Assembly: GCA_049606855.1 (NCBI GenBank)
Contig: JBMYVY010000001.1
Coordinates: 153,114 to 217,113, forward strand
From: Flavobacteriaceae bacterium
GTDB lineage: Bacteria; Bacteroidota; Bacteroidia; Flavobacteriales; Flavobacteriaceae
DNA length: 64,000 nt
Reading direction: 5' to 3'
A program made the translations under genes and the position numbers. How positions within the stretch are numbered: position 1 is the stretch's first letter; every line of letters begins with the position of its first letter. The notes beneath the pieces were generated by a model. The model saw only the letters and a list, made by a program, of their open reading frames with translations, made no database searches and was not told the origin of the DNA. Below are positions 58,792-64,000 of this stretch, one piece after another.

Positions 58792-60329
58792 TATTTTTTC
58801 TTTTTTTGTTGAAAAAGTGTGTTTAACATTTTTTGAGTAGCTGCTATAGCTGAAACCGTTTGGTCTGAATCTAAACCTCTTGTTATAAAACTCCCTGAAT
58901 CGTTAGACCATGTAATTAAAGTTTCACACAAGGCATCTGAATTGGACCCAGGAGGAATTCTAACAGCATAGTCAATCAATTTAGGTAATGTCTTATCGAT
59001 ATCTACAAACACAATTTTAAGTGCATTCATAAAAGCATCATACTGTCCATCTCCCTGGGCATGTGATTCAAAAAGTTCTCCATCAATATTTAATTTAATG
59101 GTGGCTGAAGGCTTTAGACCAGAAGCGTGACTAAGAACATAAGAATCAATTTTCACTCGTTCTTCATAAACTTCTTTGTCCAAAACATCAGAAATTATAT
59201 AAGGGAGGTCTTCTTGAGTAACGGTTTGCTTTTTATCTCCCAACTCAATTATTCGCTGGGTTACTAATTTTACCTCTTCGTCCTCAAGAACAAGCCCCAA
59301 TTCCTCTAAATTTTTTGCAATATTGGCCTTTCCCGAGGTTTTGCCCAAAGCGTATTTCCTTTTCCGCCCAAAACGTTCAGGCATCAAATCATTGAAATAT
59401 AAGTTATTTTTATTGTCCCCATCTGCATGTATTCCTGCAGTTTGGGTAAATACATTTGCACCGACAACAGGTTTGTTCACAGGAATCATAAAGGCCGAGA
59501 AATTCTCAACCAATTTACTTACCGCAAAAAGAGCTTCTTCATTGATACCCGTTTTAAAACCAGGCATGAAGTCATTTATTACTGCAACACTCGAAGCTAA
59601 AGGTGCATTTCCTGCGCGTTCACCCATTCCATTGATTGTTAAATGAATTCCATCACATCCACCTTGGATAGCTTCAATAACATTCCCAACACTCAAATCA
59701 TAATCATTGTGAGCATGGAAATCAATGTGCATTTCTGGAAAACGGCTTCTTATATCTTCAATATACCTAAAGGTTTCATGCGGTGTTAGTACTCCTAAAG
59801 TATCTGGAAGCATGACTCTTTTTAAATCTTGCTCATTCAAAAATTCAAGAAATTCGATAACATAATCCGGAGAATTTTTCATTCCATTTGACCAATCCTC
59901 TAAATAAACATTGGTTTGAATCCCCATAGAATTGGCAAGTTTTATACTTGAGCCAATTTCCTTAAAATGTTGTGCAGGAGTCTTTTTTAATTGATGGACT
60001 AAATGATTCATTGACCCTTTGGTCAATAAGTTTTGAACCCTTGCTCCACTTTCCTTAATCCAATTTAAAGATACTCCACCATCAACAAAGCTCAAAACCT
60101 CTACGGAGTTGAGATAACCCTCAGTGGATGCCCATTCACAAATCTGTCTAACAGCTTCAAACTCACCCTTAGAAACACGTGCAGATGCCACCTCTATTCG
60201 GTCCACTTTTAATTCCTTCAATAATAATTGAGCAATTTTAAGTTTTTCGGAAGAAGAAAAAGATACACCAGAGGTTTGTTCTCCATCCCTCAGTGTGGTA
60301 TCCATGACCTCAATACGTTTAGTTTCCAT
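58791..60329 (-). CDS. leuA: 2-isopropylmalate synthase / citramalate synthase family protein
   Basis: It has a HMGL-like TIM barrel (TTLRDGEQ, HAHNDYDL) and a C-terminal LeuA dimerisation/regulatory domain. It sits between leuD and leuB. IPMS versus CimA cannot be settled by eye. Confidence 0.75.
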   Translation of the reverse strand: METKRIEVMDTTLRDGEQTSGVSFSSSEKLKIAQLLLKELKVDRIEVASARVSKGEFEAVRQICEWASTEGYLNSVEVLSFVDGGVSLNWIKESGARVQNLLTKGSMNHLVHQLKKTPAQHFKEIGSSIKLANSMGIQTNVYLEDWSNGMKNSPDYVIEFLEFLNEQDLKRVMLPDTLGVLTPHETFRYIEDIRSRFPEMHIDFHAHNDYDLSVGNVIEAIQGGCDGIHLTINGMGERAGNAPLASSVAVINDFMPGFKTGINEEALFAVSKLVENFSAFMIPVNKPVVGANVFTQTAGIHADGDNKNNLYFNDLMPERFGRKRKYALGKTSGKANIAKNLEELGLVLEDEEVKLVTQRIIELGDKKQTVTQEDLPYIISDVLDKEVYEERVKIDSYVLSHASGLKPSATIKLNIDGELFESHAQGDGQYDAFMNALKIVFVDIDKTLPKLIDYAVRIPPGSNSDALCETLITWSNDSGSFITRGLDSDQTVSAIAATQKMLNTLFQQKKKK

Positions 60330-60331
60330 AA

Positions 60332-60928
60332 TTATAATGGGGTGTTTGCGGCAAAATTGACAATGTCATCCTTCATACTTTGTAAATAGTCTATATCGTC
60401 AAAACCATTAAGCATATTGCCTTTCTTGTATGCACTTATTGTAAATGTTTCTGTCAGATCACTTCCAACAATCTTGACTTCCTGATTTGGTAAGTCTACC
60501 TTTATTTCTGTATTTGGGTTTGATTCTATAGCCTTAAACATGGCAGAGGCAAATTCCTCAGAAACTTGAACTGGCAATACTCCAATATTTAAGCAGTTAT
60601 TCTTAAAAATATCAGCAAAAAAACTTGAAATCACACAACGGAAACCATAATCATATACAGCCCAAGCCGCATGTTCTCTAGAGGAACCTGAACCAAAGTT
60701 CTTTCCACCGACTAAAATTTTCCCTGAATAAATACTTTGATTTAAAACAAAATCTGATTTTACATTTCCCTCAGAATCATATCTCCAGTCTCTAAATAAA
60801 TTATCACCAAACCCTTTTCGTTCAGTTGCTTTTAAAAATCGTGCGGGTATGATTTGATCGGTATCGACATTTTCTATTGCCAATGGCACAGCTGTGCTCT
60901 CTAAAACTGTAAACTTATCGTAAGCCAT
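60332..60928 (-). CDS. leuD: 3-isopropylmalate dehydratase small subunit
   Basis: The 198-aa product has the aconitase swivel-domain motif [12 protein letters not shown]. Confidence 0.95.
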   Translation of the reverse strand: MAYDKFTVLESTAVPLAIENVDTDQIIPARFLKATERKGFGDNLFRDWRYDSEGNVKSDFVLNQSIYSGKILVGGKNFGSGSSREHAAWAVYDYGFRCVISSFFADIFKNNCLNIGVLPVQVSEEFASAMFKAIESNPNTEIKVDLPNQEVKIVGSDLTETFTISAYKKGNMLNGFDDIDYLQSMKDDIVNFAANTPL

Positions 60929-60931
60929 AAT

Positions 60932-62329
60932 TTAATTCATTAAAGTTCTTGGGTCCGTTATTTTTCCTGTAATTGCAGCTGCGGCAGCCACTAATGGACT
61001 TGCCAATAAGGTCTTCGCTCCAGGACCTTGACGTCCTTCAAAGTTACGGTTTGACGTACTAACTGCATATTTACCTGCTGGAATCTTATCGTCATTCATG
61101 GCTAAACATGCCGAACAACCTGGTTGTCTTAATTCAAAACCAGCTTCTTCAATAATTTCCAAAAGACCTTCTTCCTTTATTTCATCAACAACTTTATGTG
61201 AACCTGGAACCAACCAAGCGGTAACATTGTCGGCCTTCTTCTTTCCTTTTATGATTGAAGTGAAGGCGCGAAAATCCTCAATTCTTCCATTAGTACAAGA
61301 TCCTAAAAACACAAAATCTATTGGTTTTCCAATCATTCCTTCACCTTCATGGTACCCCATGTAATCTAAGGATTTATTGTAGCTAGCTTCCCCTGAATTA
61401 ATAGATTCAGCAGAAGGTATACGCTCACCTACTCCAATTCCCATACCTGGATTTGTGCCATAGGTAATCATTGGTGCAATGGCAGAAGCCTCAAAGAAAA
61501 ACTCCTTGTCAAAGGTTGCATCTTTTTCAGAATATAAGGTCTCCCAATACGCCATAGCCTTATCCCAATCCGCGCCCTTAGGAGCGAATGTTCTTCCTTG
61601 AACATAGTCAAAGGTTTTTTGATCTGGAGCAATCATTCCTCCTCTTGCTCCCATTTCAATAGAAAGGTTACAAACCGTCATACGACCTTCCATGCTCATT
61701 TCTCTAAAGACCTCTCCATAGTATTCTACAAAATAGCCTGTTGCACCAGAAGTGCTTAATTTGGATATTATGTATAGAGCAACATCTTTAGGGCTTACTC
61801 CTTTTTCTAATTTACCGTCAACATTTATTCTCATGCTCTTAGGTTTAGGTTGCATGATACATTGAGAAGAGAGTACCATCTCTACTTCAGAGGTACCAAT
61901 TCCAAATGCAATTGCCCCAAAAGCACCATGGGTTGAAGTATGAGAATCTCCACAAACTATAGTTGCTCCTGGCAGGGTGATTCCGTTTTCAGGACCGACT
62001 ACATGGACAATTCCATTATTTTCATGACCCAATCCCCAGTGACGAATTCCATGAGCTTTGGCATTTTCCTCCAAAGTTTTTAGCTGATTTGCCGAAAGAG
62101 GGTCACCTACTGGCAGGTGTTGGTTTATTGTTGGTGTATTATGGTCTGCAGTTGCAAAGGTGCGTTCCGGAAATAAAACGGAAATACCACGTTGTTTCAA
62201 CCCTAAAAAAGCTACCGGGCTGGTAACTTCATGGATTAAATGACGATCGATAAACAAAACATCTGGTCCATCCTCGATTTTTCTAACCACATGGGAATCC
62301 CAAACCTTGTCAAATAATGTATTACTCAT
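60932..62329 (-). CDS. leuC: 3-isopropylmalate dehydratase large subunit
   Basis: The 465-aa product has aconitase-family Fe-S ligand contexts ([25 protein letters not shown]). Confidence 0.95.
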   Translation of the reverse strand: MSNTLFDKVWDSHVVRKIEDGPDVLFIDRHLIHEVTSPVAFLGLKQRGISVLFPERTFATADHNTPTINQHLPVGDPLSANQLKTLEENAKAHGIRHWGLGHENNGIVHVVGPENGITLPGATIVCGDSHTSTHGAFGAIAFGIGTSEVEMVLSSQCIMQPKPKSMRINVDGKLEKGVSPKDVALYIISKLSTSGATGYFVEYYGEVFREMSMEGRMTVCNLSIEMGARGGMIAPDQKTFDYVQGRTFAPKGADWDKAMAYWETLYSEKDATFDKEFFFEASAIAPMITYGTNPGMGIGVGERIPSAESINSGEASYNKSLDYMGYHEGEGMIGKPIDFVFLGSCTNGRIEDFRAFTSIIKGKKKADNVTAWLVPGSHKVVDEIKEEGLLEIIEEAGFELRQPGCSACLAMNDDKIPAGKYAVSTSNRNFEGRQGPGAKTLLASPLVAAAAAITGKITDPRTLMN

Positions 62330-62417
62330 GATTAATTAATCTAATTTTTAGAGCTAATTTACAGAGCCATGAATAATATCTGATTCAAGAATGATTTCAG
62401 ATTACGATGCCCAAGAA

Positions 62418-62454
62418 TAAAAAAAGCGCCAAATCTCTAAAGAAAAGGCACTTT
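62418..62454 (-). terminator. possible weak terminator after the SF2 helicase gene
   Basis: It is an 8-bp stem (62423-62430 / 62447-62454, one G-U in the minus RNA). The loop is large at 16 nt. A T-run follows on the minus strand. Confidence 0.35.
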
Positions 62455-62484
62455 ATTTTTATTGTAACTAATTAATTAACAGCA

Positions 62485-63993
62485 CTATTCATCATTATCA
62501 ACAAACATTTTGTTCAGTGTAGATCGCAATGTTTTCTTATAATCTTCTTCTAGCCAGTTCAAATAATTTTTTGAACTTTTCATGATGCAATATGAGTATT
62601 GTTTTACCCTATATTTAATATCCTCCTCAAGAAGGTTTGCAAGCGTCCAAGCATCATATACATCTTCTGAATTTTCAAAACAAATTTGTGCATGCTGCAA
62701 CATTGCTCTGGTCAATGCCTCTTTCGATTTAAGCCCTTGGCGGACGACAGTTTTATATTCCTTTCGGACATCAAATTCAACTACTTCACTATTTGCAAAC
62801 TTTGCACGAACAGCATCAGACATTGCTGAAATGAATTCCATTTCAATATCTTCATCTGTTTTGATATTCTCGAGATAATAGTTAGGTGATTTAAATATTT
62901 TCTGCCAATCAACGTAAGAATCCCAAAGACCAAAACGCAATAGGTTATTCCCCAAGTCGATAACTGTAAATTCTTTTTTCTCAGGAAGAATACGGCTTCC
63001 TCGACCAATCATTTGAAAATACAAGGCCAAAGATTTCGTCGCACGATTGATAATTATAGTCTCAATGGTTGGTTCATCAAATCCAGTAGTTAGAATTCCA
63101 ACCGAAGTTAGAACAGCGTCCGGAGTTACTTTAAACCATTCCAATATCTCTTTTCTCTCCTGGGCTCCAATGGTTGAATCCAAATGCCTAACATTGTGTC
63201 CAGCCTCCTTAAATGTATAATAAACGTGCCAAGATGTGTTGATTCCATTATTGAAGATTAAGGTTTTGGTTCCCTTTGCCTTTTCTTCATAAGAGTGGAG
63301 CAACTTGTCCAACATCGTAATATGACCATATAACTCCTCTGAGGATTTAACTGTATAATCCCCAGAAGCTCCCACCTTAAGAGAAGTCAACCCGACATCA
63401 TATTTATAGGTGTTCGCCTGAGCCAAAAAACCCTCGTCTATTAATTGTTTGATGCTACAACCTGTAATCAGCTCATTGTAATTATCCTTCATCGGTAATT
63501 TAATGTTTGAGCTCAAGGGAGTCGCCGTTACTCCTAAGATTACGGAATTGTCAAAATATTGGAAAAGTTTAGAAAAGGAATTGTAATGGGCCTCATCAAT
63601 AATTACCATACCAATCTCATCCAAGGCGAGTTTCCCGTCTTGAAGTCGATTGTTAAGTGTTTCCACCATAGCGACAAAACACATGTATTCATCCTGATCT
63701 GGAAGATCCTTTACCTGAGAATTAATCACCTTGTTCTTAACTCCAAATTCAGTAAGCATTCGAGACGTTTGCTTGGAAAGCTCAATTCTATGAGTCAAAA
63801 CCACAACTTTTTTCTTGGTTCGTTCGATATATCTTCGAACAATCTCAGAAAAAATAACGGTCTTCCCTCCTCCTGTTGGTAGTTGAAACAATAAGTGATA
63901 ATTACTAGGTGCCTCGTCTAAGGCGTAAAAGATACTATTTATCGCTTCTTCCTGATATTTATATAGTGTTTTACGCGCTGTAATTTCTGACAT
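62485..63993 (-). CDS. DEAD/DEAH-box (SF2, ResIII-type) helicase family protein
   Basis: Motifs include Walker A (PTGGGKT), motif II (IIDEAH), motif III (TATP) and motif VI (QMIGRGSR). An uncharacterised ~130-aa C-terminal extension is present. Confidence 0.85.
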   Translation of the reverse strand: MSEITARKTLYKYQEEAINSIFYALDEAPSNYHLLFQLPTGGGKTVIFSEIVRRYIERTKKKVVVLTHRIELSKQTSRMLTEFGVKNKVINSQVKDLPDQDEYMCFVAMVETLNNRLQDGKLALDEIGMVIIDEAHYNSFSKLFQYFDNSVILGVTATPLSSNIKLPMKDNYNELITGCSIKQLIDEGFLAQANTYKYDVGLTSLKVGASGDYTVKSSEELYGHITMLDKLLHSYEEKAKGTKTLIFNNGINTSWHVYYTFKEAGHNVRHLDSTIGAQERKEILEWFKVTPDAVLTSVGILTTGFDEPTIETIIINRATKSLALYFQMIGRGSRILPEKKEFTVIDLGNNLLRFGLWDSYVDWQKIFKSPNYYLENIKTDEDIEMEFISAMSDAVRAKFANSEVVEFDVRKEYKTVVRQGLKSKEALTRAMLQHAQICFENSEDVYDAWTLANLLEEDIKYRVKQYSYCIMKSSKNYLNWLEEDYKKTLRSTLNKMFVDNDE

Positions 63994-64000
63994 CTTAGGG

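Noticed and set aside
62330-62484. Search for a leucine leader peptide or attenuator upstream of leuC.
   Set aside because: The only mini-ORFs on the minus strand are MAL* and a TTG-initiated GIVI*. There is no Leu run. Only a 6-bp stem with a 13-nt loop is present, with no terminator-like element other than the weak terminator of the upstream helicase gene.
1-64000. Scan for CRISPR arrays, tRNA/rRNA/tmRNA genes, IS elements, integrases, phage genes, toxin-antitoxin pairs, restriction-modification or other known defence genes, and long repeats.
   Set aside because: None were found. Intergenic regions are short, and the longest (50838-51491) is explained by rnpB plus a terminator. No GGTTCGAATCC-type tRNA motifs occur outside coding sequence. 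All repeats seen are terminator stems or the short elements listed above. This was a by-eye scan, so small or degenerate elements could have been missed.

Overview
This 64-kb window is a low-GC, almost gap-free chromosomal segment. It reads like core genome of a Bacteroidota (Flavobacteriia-like) bacterium. The lineage call rests on Bacteroidetes-type TTG-N19-TAnnTTTG promoters, an ECF sigma/DUF4252 module, a DUF4290-murA pair, a fused E1 alpha/beta dehydrogenase, and tight gene packing without obvious Shine-Dalgarno sites. I can support 52 protein genes, one ncRNA, about a dozen intrinsic terminators and a few promoters. The ncRNA is RNase P RNA on the minus strand, which the ORF track misses and covers with a spurious ORF.

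Content, in order:
- Two complete tripartite RND efflux systems (325-6851 and 11336-16878). Between them lie a K+ channel gene and a zero-spacer envelope operon (small beta-barrel OMP, HtrA-like protease, and a 666-aa Tyr/Gly-rich secreted protein).
- An ECF sigma/anti-sigma/2x DUF4252 module, divergent from an S41 peptidase and BNR-propeller pair.
- Several peptidases: M14, M1, S41, PepT and M61.
- Amino-acid metabolism: lysA, thrBC, gcvT, glyA, fahA, dapD and leuC-leuD-leuA-leuB.
- Chaperones (clpB, grpE-dnaJ), aconitase, murA, and SF1 and SF2 helicases.

I saw no CRISPR array, tRNA, rRNA, transposase, integrase, phage gene or recognisable defence gene. I therefore cannot claim a clear-cut novel system.

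The items most worth a second look are:
1. The OMP/protease/Tyr-rich-protein operon.
2. A TolC-family protein fused to a periplasmic-binding-protein-like domain.
3. A Thr-rich leader ORF with its own promoter in front of thrBC.
4. An unusually compact type-A RNase P RNA.
5. The S41 + BNR propeller pair next to the ECF module.
6. A DnaJ with only one zinc centre.

All family calls come from by-eye motif recognition, not database searches.
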